From contig OX597821.1 in assembly GCA_951406725.2 (NCBI GenBank), forward strand, positions 95,976,001 through 96,040,000: a stretch of DNA of 64,000 bases, given 5' to 3'. Made by a program: the position numbers and the translations under genes. Below are positions 26,829 to 41,018 of the stretch, in pieces (the stretch's first letter is position 1; each line of letters begins with the position of its first letter). The DNA is from Octopus vulgaris. Taxonomy: Eukaryota. The notes beneath the pieces were generated by a model that made no database searches, had not been told where the DNA came from, and saw only the letters and a program-made list of their open reading frames with translations.

Positions 26829-27813
26829 AATTCTACTTAAAGGAGTCGCTTTAGTTTCGCACATGATATATCGATGTATATTTGTTTACAGCGCCAATAT
26901 TCATTTAGACTGATTAGCGTCATAATCAATTCGCTTTACATTACTTGCCGATGTGTATGTGTGCGCGCACGCGTATGCATTTATATGTGTATGTGCTGTA
27001 GTACGTGGTGTGAATTAGTGCATACTTCGGTAAATAAGTAATACGTAGGCTTTTCGCGCCAGTTTTTGATAAAAACTGTGACCTACCTATGAACGTATGG
27101 GTTGCTGTTTAATAGATAATTATTTGGGTTAATGCAATTAAAATGATAAAATTAGGCAAATTAAGTTTAAGAATTACTCCAAAATTAGGGCTAATGCAAC
27201 CTGAGATATTGATGTAATTTTTGCTAAATAGTTTATATCTGTATTGTGATAGAAAATGTTCCTTTAATAGAATAAAAAAAATATTTTTGCAGTTCTATAA
27301 AAACAGTTAAATTGCATAGCAGATTAAGCCATATTGTATATGTCTTTTTGTTTAGTTTCAATTTAACATATTTTTTACACAATCCACGTTATACTGAAAT
27401 TTACTACAATGAGAAAGAAAGCATCGTTATAGTAATTAAACGAATTTATTGTTTTGTAGATAGTTTGAATAATACCAGAAAATATTCTTAACAAAATTAT
27501 TGTTAATATTCCTAGGGTGGTTAGAATGTTTGTTTACGTGGTGTTACATTGGACTCTAGTTAAAGATCGCTTGAGAATTATTTAGATTCAAGGTGACATC
27601 TATGAAGTTGACGGTTATGAGGCCAGTTTCGGCAATAAAAGTAGTCCGATGTTCTTTAAATTTTCCGTTCAAGCTTTTCAGTTGCAGATTTATATTTCTT
27701 AAGAAATAAAGGAATTTATACTTTGATTTATATAACACTAGCAGAGATAGCCGGCCTTGCCCGGTTACATTCAATTGAAGAATTAGACTTTTCTGTTATA
27801 TATATATATATGG

Positions 27814-27861
<48 letters not shown>

Positions 27862-28290
27862 GTATATTAATATAAATACATGAAAGTACATGAAGTTTGT
27901 TAAAAAAAGGGGATCATGTATATACCTCCTGGCTGTTGAGATTATAACACCTCGTTGTAAACAATGTTCCTTGTTTTTCCTTATGGAGCATATACAAAAA
28001 GGTTTCTTTTGGTTCCTACTCTTGAGCAGCCAACATACAGACCTTAAGTAAGGCATGTGTAAAATTTGAATGAAATTGGTTGTGTAGTTCTCAAGTTTTA
28101 GGGAAACTCACAGACAGACAGATACACATTCTCGGTTTTATATATATAAAGATATAAAACAACAAATCACTCGGCTTAATTTTTGTCCCTCCGTCCAGAT
28201 AAATTCTACTTAAAGGAGTCGCTTTAGTTTCGCACATGGTGTATCATTGTATATTTGTTTACCTTGCCAATATTCATTTAGACTGATTAG
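26829..28290 (-). mobile_element. Decayed Penelope-like RT fragment between two 89-bp direct repeats
   Basis: KFKEHRTTFIAETGLITVNFIDVTLNLNN..VNKHSNHPRNI (27720-27480) matches the PLE NFLDVT/SNHP region; AATTCTACTTAAAGGAGTCGC...GACTGATTAG at 26829-26917 and 28202-28290. Confidence 0.7.
27738..28152 (-). mobile_element. Non-autonomous Helitron-like element nested in the Penelope remnant
   Basis: Minus strand A|TCTTTATATATATAAA...TGTCTGTCTG at the 5' end; hairpin CCGGGCAAGGCCGG then CTAG|T at the 3' end; inserted at an AT dinucleotide without TSD. Confidence 0.85.
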
Positions 28291-29144
28291 TCTAACTGAA
28301 GTATTTTTACCCATATAGCCAGATCACAATTGACTATATTTTCATGTGCAATGAAGATGATTTCCATTTCTGAATCTTTATTGGTTGCTCCTAATTGAGT
28401 AAAGTTAAGAGCAATTAGTAAATATTGTTCTCCTTGTCAATAATCAAGTTTTCTTTTGTCAGCACAAATAACAATTTATTTAAAATATTCCAATTCATAG
28501 TAAACTAGCATTTAGTTATATTCGAGTTTATTTTTATACAACAAGCAAACAAATTTCTATCTCACTCTGTCTCTTTGTTGCTCTCTCTCTCTGTCTCTCT
28601 CACACACTGGCATATTATATATTCACATGTATATGTATGAATCCTCATATATATTTTTTAAGGAAGGAGTGTGAGGGGCAGAAAGAATGCATGCAATTTT
28701 TGAATGAGTAGAGTAACATTCAGAAACTGACATAAAGATGCCTAGACATATATTCAAATCGACTGATAGCCGACCAACTAGTTTGCTAGATAATAAATAT
28801 AAGGATAAAATATAACACAAATATATAGATACTGGCACACAGACACAGACACACACAGACACAAACACACAGGCAAGCAACACACATACTGACACACGTA
28901 TACACGGAAATATTCACTAAGATAGAAATATATGCATATTTCTGGATATATTTGTATATAGATACACTATGGAGTATCCATGTATGGGGGAATGACAGGC
29001 GCTGGTAGAGTGAGGTAGGTAGACGGATGATACATGCCAGATATATTGATAGACAACTAGTTGAATAGGAATTATTGGACTAGTATGCACATACATAGTA
29101 CGCAAATATTAGACTAGTACGCACATACACGCAAACATATATAT

Positions 29145-29191
<47 letters not shown>

Positions 29192-29250
29192 AACATACAT
29201 AAATACATACATATATGTATATATGTATGCATGAGTGTATGTATATACGC

Positions 29251-29317
<67 letters not shown>

Positions 29318-29540
29318 CATACATATATAAATGTATGTGTTTGTAAAATGTTTTTAAAAAATGTAGAATCCCCCGACAGTGAAATTATATAATATATGGT
29401 CTGTGCTCACACATTTACCCCCACACACAAACATACAAATATTATCATACACAGCTTTGCATATATGTATATCTGCACACACATAAACTCACACACGTAC
29501 ACACACTTGTGTATTATATAACATTTATAGATAAATATAA

Positions 29541-29599
<59 letters not shown>

Positions 29600-30449
29600 T
29601 ATGTATATATAAATGTATATATATATACATAAATATATACATTTATGCATTTATCGGAATATATATATATAAGCATACGTACATCTGTATATATATGTAA
29701 GTGGGTGTATTATGTATGTATATATATATATATATATAATATATATATACACACATACGCATATATACACACACATACATTCATACATTTATTTATGCAT
29801 CTAAGTATATATGGATGTGTATATATACATGTATGTGTATATATGTATATGTACTTATACTTATACATATACAAATGTATGTCTTTGTGTGTGAATATTT
29901 ATGGAAATTGATCAATAACACCTTTTATAATGTTCTGAATGCATTCTACTTATTACTGCCCCTGAAGAATTGATATATGCTATAGATGATATCTGTTTTA
30001 TTTCACAGTATCAAGTTGCCACTATTTAGCTATCAGTCTTTCTCATATTATATTCTAGCTACTTTATGCCTGGCAGATTTAAATGTTCGATGTTTTTCTT
30101 TTTCATAAACTGATTTTGTCAGCCAATATAGAAAATAATTTTTTCCTCGAATGAAAGACGGCCATTTTTGGAGTGATTTTTTTACTATCATTTAATAACC
30201 ATCTTTGTATATTTCTTCCTCCTCTTTTTCTCCCACCCCGCGCTTCTTCCTCTCTTCCTTAGTACCATCCACCCCCATCGCCACCACACTCTGCCCTCTT
30301 CTCCTTATAGTAATTGTGCAAAACGTACAGGAACACGAAACTAACATGTTATTTCTAAATACACAAGTATTTATTGTAAGTGCTCTCTAGATTCAGTTGT
30401 AGAAACATTATTATATATTGAACTATTTCACGAAAAGCCTGATAAACTT

Positions 30450-31900
30450 AGCCAAGAATGCTAGTGACGACATGTATATGTGCTACAATCGTTGTTGCAA
30501 CCATTTGCAATCTGAAACAGCCCCTTTCAGCAATGTCAAATCATACTTTAACACTCCAGAAATATATTCAATGAATATAGTTAATATTACAACAATGTTC
30601 GAAAACCATCTTCGTCAGTCAGTCTTAAAGATATATGCGATAAAAAAATACAGATACCAAAATAGTGTAAGCCACTTCAACAGCCTTATTGATCTCAAAT
30701 GATATTCAGATGGAAACAACCAAAAACAAGTAGTGAAACGAGGCAAATATTGCTTACCAGATGCGTCTACTTGAACTGTTTCTACATAAGCCAAATCTCT
30801 TTCAAATAGCTTCTTATTATTTTTAAAATGGACATATACCTTAGATACACAATATCTAAATAGTCTATGGTTATGGCTACATTGGAAAAGTGTTTGATCA
30901 TAGGTATGCTTAGTCAATTTTGGCTTTCTCAATACAAGAGTATTACACAACCGGAATTGATAGCAGATGAAAGACATGTTCAGAACGACACAGCACATCA
31001 CACTATAAATTACTGATTGAAGGAATATCCAGCATAGTCCCTAACAAAACGAATACCGAATCTATGGAATGTTGAATATATGGGACATTTGCCCAGCTAT
31101 CTGCGCGATGTATTTATACTAGAGAAGTTTTTACCAGAGACTTGATGGCTGTGTATGTTCGCTCTGACTGGTGAAAAAAGGAAAACGCAATATTTTTCAC
31201 AAAAGCATGATGGTTGAGGTATCAGCATATTCTATTGGCTGAGTAGCTACTTGAGCATCCAGCTATAGTGTTGCAACACTTGTGTAGGGTAGCTTCTTTC
31301 TGAGTGGAAACCATGTTGGGTTTCATATAGCTGGTTATTTTTACCTAGGAACGTTATAAGTTTCTTCCTGATGTATGAAATCAGAGATATTGGTCTTTAC
31401 TATTTTATATCAGCTCTACTTCCTTTCTTATTGACAGTAGATGTTCCTTTTTTCTTGTATTTTACCACTTCCTAGAAAATTTGGGAAAAATAACTAAGAT
31501 GTTTAGAAAAGTAACTGAAGGATTTAGCTAGAGACCTTTTCACATTTTTTAAGGAAAAGTACCGGAAAGCCACCAGGACCTGCTACTACTACCAGTTTTG
31601 TCTATGGCATTATTTACAATGGTTTCTTCTATGTCAATGTAACTGATGACTGCAACGGCTTCATGTAAAGCTACAACGATATATTTGTTTCAGCGAGGAA
31701 GTGAACGTGCCACTGAGTTATTCATGGAATATTTCACTCACCTAGGATCTTTAATGAGTGATCTACTTCATTCAAACAACGGCTGTATTTTGTGTGTACA
31801 GTGGCTGTTTCTTTTTCGAAACAGTAAAAATGTTCTGGTCTGTTTTCATGTTTTCTATATCCCAGGTTTCCTTTGTTATACTCTCTCCCTTGCATGAAAG
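30450..31900 (-). pseudogene. CR1-type LINE reverse-transcriptase remnant
   Basis: AGPGGFPVLFLKKC, KKGSRAD..RPISLIS, RKKLITFLGKNNQLYETQHGF..RSYPTQVLQHY; many stops. Confidence 0.8.
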
Positions 31901-31939
31901 TATTTTACTTTATTTTCAATGACTATGAACGATATTTTA

Positions 31940-32346
31940 AACTCTTTTACTCTTTTACTTGTTTCAGTCATTTGACTGTGGCCATGCTGGAGCACCGCCT
32001 TTATTCGAGCAAATCGACCCCGGGACTTATTCTTTTGTAAGCCCAGTACTTATTCTATCGGTCTCTTTGGCCGAACCGCTAAGTAACGGGGACATAAACA
32101 CACCAGCATCGGTTGTCAAGCAATGCTAGGGGGACAAACACAGACACACAAACACATACACATATATATATATACATATATACGACAGGCTTCTTTCAGT
32201 TTCCGTCTACCAAATCCACTCACAAGGCATTGGTCGGCCCGGGGCTATAGCAGAAGACACTTGCCCAAGATGCCACGCAGTGGGACTGAACCCGAAACCA
32301 TGTGGTTGGTTAGCAAGCTACTTACCACACAGCCACTCCTGCGCCT
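31940..32346 (-). mobile_element. Full-length tRNA/CORE-like SINE
   Basis: Reverse complement of the 26340-26744 family, starting AGGCGCAGGAGTGGCTGTGTGGTAAG. Confidence 0.92.
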
Positions 32347-32764
32347 AATTATTTTCTTTCTTTTTCTTTTATTATTATTTACCTAAGTGTTTCAAGCTAA
32401 GCCATATGTTAGTGCTCCAGGTTAGGGGCGACGAAAAGCGAGAGATGCCATAGGCTAAAATATCAATCCATAGCTGATCATGATTTTTTCCCCAAATTAT
32501 TTGAGTTAATTGGGCAAACGGGTAAAATCTCCGTAAAAGATACCACAAAACCGCTGGCAGAAAGGTTAGCACGCCGGGCGAAATGCTTAGCAGTATTTCG
32601 TTTGTCTTTACGTTCTGAGTTCAAATTCCGCCGAGGTCAACTTGGCCTTTCATCCTTTCAAGGTCGATAAATAAAGTACCGGTTGCATACACAGGTCGAT
32701 CTAATCGACTGGCCCCATCTCCCCAAAAGTTTGTGCCTTGTGCCTAGAGTAGAAAAGATTATTA

Positions 32765-33676
32765 GAAGTAAGAAGGTAAGGCTTGTGTAGGATGAAAGAT
32801 TGGAAAGATAAAGCACTATACAAAAAATTGAAAACGAATGAAACTGAAAATAGGTGGGTAAAGAAAAGAATGCATGGTCAATTTCATAGGGATGTTGAAG
32901 ATAGGACAGGCAGACAAAAAAGATGGCTGTGGTTAAAAATGAATTAAAACCGGAAACAGAGGCCCAAGAGCAAGCACTAAGAACAAACTACATAAAATAC
33001 AAAATAGACAGCACAGCAGAAAGTGATAAGTGTAGAATCTGTGGACAAAACGATGAAACCGTATGGCATAATATCAGCCAATGTACGCCACTAGCCCAGA
33101 AGGAATATGATAGACGCCACGACAATATAGCCAGGCTTGTCCATTGGACATTTTGCAACAAGTATGGACTTGACAGAACAAGAAATTGGTACGACCAACC
33201 TGAAGGCATTGTCGAAAATAGAAATACAATGATCCTATGGGATTTTATGATTCAGTGCGACCATGAAATAGAGAATATGAAGCTAGACATAGTCTTAATT
33301 GAGAAAAGAAAAACAAACTATGCTGGTTCATAGATATAGCATGCACAGCTGACAACAAGGTATGCGATAAGGAAGAAAGAAAAGTCGAGAGATATAACAG
33401 GTTAGCTTGGGAAGTTAAGCAGTTGTGGTCGATGAAAAAGGTAGCATTAGTACCAATAATTGTCGGAGCCCTGGAAAGAGTGAGCAGAAATCTCGAGAAG
33501 TACGTGGAACAAATAAGGGCTGCAAGAAAGGTGGAGCACTTGCAGAAAACAGCACTGCTTGGAACCGCTCGAATACTCTGGAAGGTGCTTGAAAAATAAG
33601 AGGTGTTACCTTAGTTCACTGGTAGTGAACAGCTGACACAGTATTACATCTCCAGCGTTAGAAGCTGTGCAAAGAC
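32765..33676 (+). pseudogene. Third R4/Dong-like RLE fragment
   Basis: KRMHGQFHR, AQEQALRTNYIK, CRICGQNDETVWHNISQC, RRHDN, LWDF, QKTALLGTARILWKVLEK*; (AAT)n tail. Confidence 0.9.
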
Positions 33677-33753
<77 letters not shown>

Positions 33754-33787
33754 TAATATTATTATTATTATTATTATTATTATTATC

Positions 33788-34166
33788 ATTCAGTAGTTTT
33801 ATTTTTATAGCGTGCTTTCACTTCACTACCGAGCGCAGCTCTGTGTGCTTTGGGTATGTGCTGTGATTTGTTGTGATGCTCTGATGGTTATTGTATGGAA
33901 AGTGTTCTGCGTAGGATGTGTGCAGTGCCTAGTAGTGCAATTTTCTGTATGTTATATGTGTTTGTAAGTCCTGGTGTTTTTGTTACGTATTTGTCTGAAT
34001 ATTTTTTTATCATGCCTAATGCACCTACTATGATAGGAATTGTTTGTGTCTTCAGATTCCACATTCTGGTTACCTCTATTTCCAGGTCTTTGTATTTTGA
34101 AAGTTTCTCCATTTCTATTAGAGACACGTTGTCATCTGCCGGTATTGATACATCAATTAGAAAGCA

Positions 34167-34170
<4 letters not shown>
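33788..34170 (-). mobile_element. Fourth R4/Dong-like RLE fragment, tail-to-tail with the previous one
   Basis: CFLIDVSIP..EKLSKYKDLEIEVTRMWNL..QKIALLGTAHILRRTLSIQ*; (AAT)n on both sides. Confidence 0.9.
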
Positions 34171-34205
<35 letters not shown>

Positions 34206-34259
34206 AATTATTATTATTTCTTTCTTCTTCTTCTTCTTCTTCTTCTTCTTCTTCTTCTT

Positions 34260-34290
<31 letters not shown>

Positions 34291-34323
34291 TTCTTCTTCT
34301 TCTTCTTCTTCTTCTTATTATTA

Positions 34324-34427
<104 letters not shown>

Positions 34428-35747
34428 TTGTGAAAAGGAGGCAAGCTGATAAAATGGCCAGTGAGTCGGACAAAGTGCTTTGACGCTTTTCGTCAGGCTC
34501 TTTATGTTCTGGATCCAAATTCCGTCAAGCTCAGCTTTGCCTTTCATCCTTTAGGATCGATACAATAAATATCAGTTGGACACTGGAGTCGATGCAAACG
34601 ACTTTCTGTTTCCCTTAAAATTACTGGCCTTGTATCAAAATTTGTAACCATTATTAACTTGTAAACACTAAAATTGAAAATATTTCAGTATATTAAAATT
34701 TATTCCTCTTTTACAAAGAATTATTTGACATTTGAAATATTTGAAAGTGTTTCTTGCTTTTATTTTTCGGAGAGAAAATGTAGAAAATATTTTGTCTAAT
34801 CTGTTTTTTCTATATCTCTAGTAAACTTCCGGATTTATATAAGTTAACGCGATGGACAATGTTTCCAGAGATCTATAAGCTTTGAATTAACTACTACTCG
34901 TAAGTTAATCACTCATGTTAGTGGAGTGGGTAGACGGAAACTGGAAGAAACCGATCCTACGTATATACGACACCTTGGGCAAGTGTCTTCTACTATAGCC
35001 TCGGGCCGACCAAAGCCTCGTGAGTGGATTTGGTAGACGGAAACTGAAAGAAGCCCGTCGTATATATGTATCTATATGTGTGTCTTTGTATCTGTGTTTG
35101 TCCTCCCCCACACATTTTGATAACCCGTGCTTAATTTAGAGGTTCGGGAAAATAGACCGATAGAATAAATTCCACGCTAAAAAAAAAAAATAAGTAGTGG
35201 GGTCGAAACATTCGACTAAAAATTCTCCAGGGCGGTGCCCCAGCATGACCGCAGACTGACGACTGAAAGAAGTGAAGGATAAAAGATACATATTTATATC
35301 TATATATGTATGTATATGTATGTACGGGGTTGTGTTTGTCCCGCCACCGTTTGACAACCGGTGTTGATTTTTTTTACGTTCCTGTAACTTAGTGGTTCGG
35401 CCCAAAAGACCCTGATTATAAGTACCAAACTTTAAAAGAAAAGAGTAATGCGGTCGATTAGTTTGAATAAACTCATTCATGGCCGCAATCCAGTGACCAA
35501 AGCAAGTAAATGATAAACGATAATGTTTAATGTTAACTGTAAACCCATTAAAAATACACCTCCGACAAAATCAAAGATCTGGTTTGTTGCTGAAGACTCA
35601 GTCTTCTGTTCTGTTGTGTGAGATTTCCAGCAATATAAAGATGAGATTGCGATTAAAAGTTAGCAACAGACTTAACAATTAAACAAAGGTCAGAGGCGAA
35701 AGGCAATAAAAGAAGTATCTCAACTCTGAATCGAAACACTGCTTTCT

Positions 35748-36164
35748 TATTTCTTTACAGCACACAAGGGGCTACACACAGAGGGGACAAACAAAGACAG
35801 ACAAACGGATTAAGCCGATTATCTCGACCTCAGTGCGTAACTGGTACTTATTTAATCGACCCCGAAAGGATGAAGGTTAAAGTCGACCGCGGCGGAATTT
35901 GAACTCAGAACGTAGCATTAGACGAAATACCTATTTCTTTACTACTCACAAGGGGCTCAACACAGAGAGGACAAACAAGGACAGACAAACGGATTAAGTC
36001 GATCATAACGACCCTAGTGCGTAATTGGTACTTATTTAATCGACCCCGAAAAGATGAAAGGCAAAGTCGACCTCGGCAGAATTTGAACTCAGAACGTAGC
36101 GGCAGACGAAATACCGGTAAGCATTTCGCCCGGCGTGCTAACGTTTCTGCCAGCTCACTGCCTT
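35748..36164 (-). mobile_element. Tandem dimer of the Nin-like SINE with long Tx1-like tail
   Basis: A full unit followed by a 5'-truncated unit joined at GAAATA|GGTATTTCG (35932/35931). Confidence 0.88.
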
Positions 36165-36296
36165 CGAAACACTGATTTCTACGAGAGTAACCCATTTTAC
36201 TGAGTTTATATTTCTAGCTTACTGCATTTAGCTCATATTTACAGGAAAATATCAATAAGAATAGATGGTTACACACTCATACATACGCCCGCAAAA

Positions 36297-36673
36297 TGTG
36301 GCTTGCTAACCAACCACATGGTTCCGGGTTCAGTCCCACTGCGTGGCATCTTGGGCAAGTGTCTTCTGCTATAGCCCCGGGCCGACCAATGCCTTGTGAG
36401 TGGATTTGGTAGACGGAAACTGAAAGAAGTCTGTCGTATATATGTATATATGTGCATGTGTGTGTTTGTGTGTCTGTGCTTGTCCCCCCTAGCATTGCTT
36501 GACAACCGATGCTGGTGTGTTTACGTTCCCGTCACTTAGCGGTTCGGCAAAAGAGACGGATAGAATAAGTACTGGGCTTACAAAGAATACGTCCCGGGGT
36601 CGATTTGCTCGACTAAAAGCGGTGCTCCAGCATGGCCGCAGTCAAATGACTGAAACAAGTAAAAGAGTAAAGA

Positions 36674-36675
<2 letters not shown>
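36297..36675 (+). mobile_element. tRNA/CORE-like SINE
   Basis: Homologous to 26340-26744, first bases missing. Confidence 0.9.
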
Positions 36676-36716
<41 letters not shown>

Positions 36717-36944
36717 CATATATACATATGTATATATACATAGATACATACACACACACACATATATATATATATATATTTATTTATATACACATGTACA
36801 CGTATACTGACACAACCAAACACAAACATGAAATCACATACATACACACATTTATGTATGTACGTATGTATGTGGGTGTATAAATATGCATATGCGCATG
36901 TACATATGCTTATATGTACACATATATACATATGTCTGTGTATA

Positions 36945-36994
<50 letters not shown>

Positions 36995-36999
36995 GAAAT

Positions 37000-37034
<35 letters not shown>

Positions 37035-37408
37035 AAGATGAATTAAGAAATATCTATTCACACATATATGCACAGCACATCTCCGCACATGTTATGTATA
37101 TTTATAAAAATATAAATTGCTGTCTACAGTTCAATTGAGATGGAAATATTTCTGTTATATCTGTTTGAGATAAGAAGCAAAAACTTCATCTCATTTATCT
37201 CCGCCTCACCGTAATAGGTGAGTCACATTTACAATAAATTGTGTGCTCGACAGGTTTTATGACACACACACACACACACACACACGCAAAACATTCAATT
37301 TTTGTGTTTAGTTTTTTTTATTACTAGAATGTAAACAATCAAGAGGTGTCATCAGATAGCAAGGTAAAATGTAAAAGAATATGTTTGTAAAAGAGGAAAT
37401 ATTCTTAC

Positions 37409-37431
37409 CTGTACATTGTAAACCTTTCCAT
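37409..37431 (-). CDS. EGF-CFC: Candidate first coding exon of EGF-CFC: MERFTMY(R)
   Basis: ATG GAA AGG TTT ACA ATG TAC AG|GTAAGA; strong donor in unique sequence; phase 2 matches the signal-peptide exon and supplies a basic n-region. It implies a 19.5-kb intron; the Met in the next exon is an alternative start. Confidence 0.45.
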
Positions 37432-38034
37432 TAATTTCTGTAAAATTACTGCAATTGTCTTCCATAGACATCAAAAAGAAAAAAAAGTATATATATATAT
37501 ATATCTAAACTATTTTTTAAGTTAAAGATTATACTTCATGTCAACATTAATCCGGTAATTTTGGAGAAAAAAAAAACAAGATCTATATGTGTTTTTGTAA
37601 TATGTTATAGCGTAAAGTTCACGGAATATACAGCGGCGGGAAAATTATGGGCACATTTGAAAACTGTATGCTTGCGTTGTTATGCTATAGATTTGACTAA
37701 GAAATTGTGGTCGGCTGAGAATTATGTAGTAACTAGTACCAACCTGAAAATTACGAAGAACTAAGAGAATTGTGCCAGTTATATAAAATTGTAAATGTAT
37801 ATGCAGTGGAATAGATTACGTATAGGGATAATAGATTAATTATAGGGATGTGATGAACGAACACTATGAAAAGCTAGACTAGTATTCAAGAGAATCTAGT
37901 GGTGATTGTCTGAGAATTATGAATGAGCGTCAGAAGTGTACTGGCTGTTTGACATTACAGATTAGAATAATTGGTGGCAGTGTCAGTTAAAATCCCCTAA
38001 TATATATATATATATATATATATATGAATATGTA

Positions 38035-38092
<58 letters not shown>

Positions 38093-38206
38093 CACATGCA
38101 TATATACACACACATACATATAGACATATATACACACATATTCATATATGTATGTATATGTACATATATCTATTTGTGTGAATGTGTATGTATATATATA
38201 TATATG

Positions 38207-38242
<36 letters not shown>

Positions 38243-38252
38243 TGTATGTATG

Positions 38253-38289
<37 letters not shown>

Positions 38290-38460
38290 CACTGAGCAGT
38301 AAGGAGTATAGTAAATGAAATGCTTCAGGCAAAGTTCCTCTTGGGCTGAAAGATAGGGCAAAATGTGTAAATGAAAGTACTTGAAAGGAACAAGAAAGTA
38401 TATATATATGCGTGTGCCTTTGTGTGTGTATGTGTAGACACATGTACAATACACATTGAG

Positions 38461-38518
<58 letters not shown>

Positions 38519-39479
38519 GAGAGAGAGACTGAGAAAAAAGAGAGATAGCAAATAACATAGATAAATAGGCAGATAAAGGGATAGATAATTAGATAGATGA
38601 AAAGAGAGAGAGAGAGAGATATGTAAAGAGAGAGTGAGAGAGTGAGAGCGGTTGGATGTGTAGGATCAGAGGTACCTTTCGGAGGTGGGAAGAGAAATAG
38701 AGGTAGTGATAGAGATAGTGGAGGTGGTAGTATAAAACTAGAAGCATGAATGATGGTGACACGAGTATATTAGCTTTATATCTCATATAATAAAGAGGAC
38801 GATAATGATAATGAGGGTTATGATGACAATGAAGATATAGTGATATATCAACTGTGTAGATGGATCACGTGACCACTTGATTAAATAAAAGCAATACTTG
38901 CTCTTCTGTCAGCAATTCGGTAAATACGGTGCCCATTAGCACAAGTGATAAGGTGAGGGAAGGGTAGCAGCTTCCGTTTTTTTTTTTCATCCCCACTTTA
39001 CGCCTTCTAAAATAAATAACCTTTTGTTAATCTTCTGTCGCCATAGCTGTAGTTTAATACACATGGGGGTCATCAAAGGCCGAAAGGGTCAGGACATCAA
39101 ATAATGCATTGGAGATTGTTGCCCCAATACCACAATAGGTGGATTGAGGATAAATGAAGTCAGTTATAGTAATCAATATGCTTGTCAATCAATCCATAAA
39201 TCATTAATTACTCGATTACCAATATTCTACGAGTCATCGAGCCATCGTTAGAATCTATACGTGGTCCTTTTTTTGCTAAAAATAATAGTCAAATATCCCT
39301 CAAATTACATCTTGCCATCATAGAAATGACACGATGGATAATGTTTTCCTGGGTTCCCACCAGAAAGGATAAAGAAACCTGGATATTCACGGCTAGAATG
39401 CTTATGATAATTTGAATTGATGTAATTCAGTTATTTAGCTGGTATATTAGCAAGCAAGTAAGGTATATATAAACTTAAA

Positions 39480-40470
39480 TATATGTAGTCGTAACAGAAT
39501 GCATTTAATCTCGCTGTGAAATTAGGCTCCATGAGAACATTTTTGACAGGTCGAGATTTGGAGCGAATCAGTTACTTTTGCTGGTACTAAATCATCATCA
39601 GGAACCTCTCATTCTTTTATATCCAAAGATATAGAGCGTAACGGAAAACTACTCATTGCAATATAAACAAGCATTTGCGTTGATATAACCCTTTAACATA
39701 GAGGTAGAAGATTGACAGACTGTGTACAAACACATGCCTAATTTGATAGCAAGACTAATTACTTATTAATACGAGTCTGCTTCAGTTATTATTTTGGTTG
39801 TCAACCTTATGCAATTATCTAAATGAGTTGTGTCAAGCTATGCCATCAAGGAAGCAACAATCATGTTTGGGTTTGCTCAAAGAGTCTCATTCATATCCGC
39901 AACTGAAGAATATTTAAAAGTGCTCTTTCCAAAATTCACCACTTTCTATGAAAAGCTATCTGTGAGCGATAATTTTATTAGCGACACTAAGGCTGAAAAG
40001 GCACCTGAAAGTAGTAGAGACTGATCTGGGAGAGGCCAAATATTAAGTAACATTAAGCAATTTCGCATTCATGGCTGAATAGGACTTCATAAAAGCTCTT
40101 CCAACTCTTTCACTAAGCCTAAAATTATTTCTATCTGTGCATCTGTTAGCTTCATGTGAAAGGAGCTTTTCAAAGCTGCAACTTACAAAGACCTATTTGC
40201 GATCTACCAAGGGACAATCAACACTTTCCAACATTGCGATATTATCAATTAAAAGAGAGTTAGTGGAAGCTATTGATTTCGATGAGGTGATTTACAAGTC
40301 CGTAGCTTTGAAGGCTAGAAAACAGAAAGTTATGAATTAATCGAAATATATTCATTAAGTGATGAAAAGCTTGCGTATTTGTTCCTGTTTATTTTTATTG
40401 CGCTATTTCATTTGTGGAAACATTTCCATTTGCATTTGTCTACAAGTCCTGCACTATTTGGGTCGCCATT
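39480..40470 (+). pseudogene. hAT transposase remnant (C-terminal dimerisation domain)
   Basis: ASCERSFSKLQLTKTYLRST.GQSTLSNIAILSIKRE..IDFDEVI..KARK; upstream frames are broken. Confidence 0.85.
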
Positions 40471-41018
40471 GATTATACACGCTCAATCCATTTATGCATG
40501 TAATATAATAATAAAGTTTAACGTTAAAATTATATCTATTCAGTCGGGACATCTTTACAGGTACAAATTGTTTTTACATCACGCATACTGCGCCTCACAA
40601 ATATTTTGTGTTACCATAAGTTTATGAATGATTAAGCACGCACGCACACACAAACACATACAGAGATACATATACACACATGCACAAATATATAAGTAAA
40701 TTTTGTACAAATATTTAATAACATATTTTTGATTATTGATCGTTTGTACAAATCGATTTTGCTTTAAATGAATTTAATTTAGGATATAATAGCTATAACT
40801 GGTAAAATTCATTGTTTTTTAAAATATAGCTGATGATAATTTTAACTGTAAATCTGTAAAGTTAATGAATTTGATCTCTGGCATATTCTTTAAGCAAATC
40901 TGCAAAACAGAGTGATATTCGATTTACCAGAAAAAATATGCATGATTTATATTTACAAAAAAAGGATTTATAAAATTTAAGCACAATCCATTAATGTGTA
41001 TTATTTAACACAGTTTTT

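Noticed and set aside
37409-37471. Alternative frame MSMEDNCSNFTEINGKVYNVQ for the first exon
   Set aside because: Its phase-0 end leads to a stop in the next exon; only the phase-2 reading is compatible
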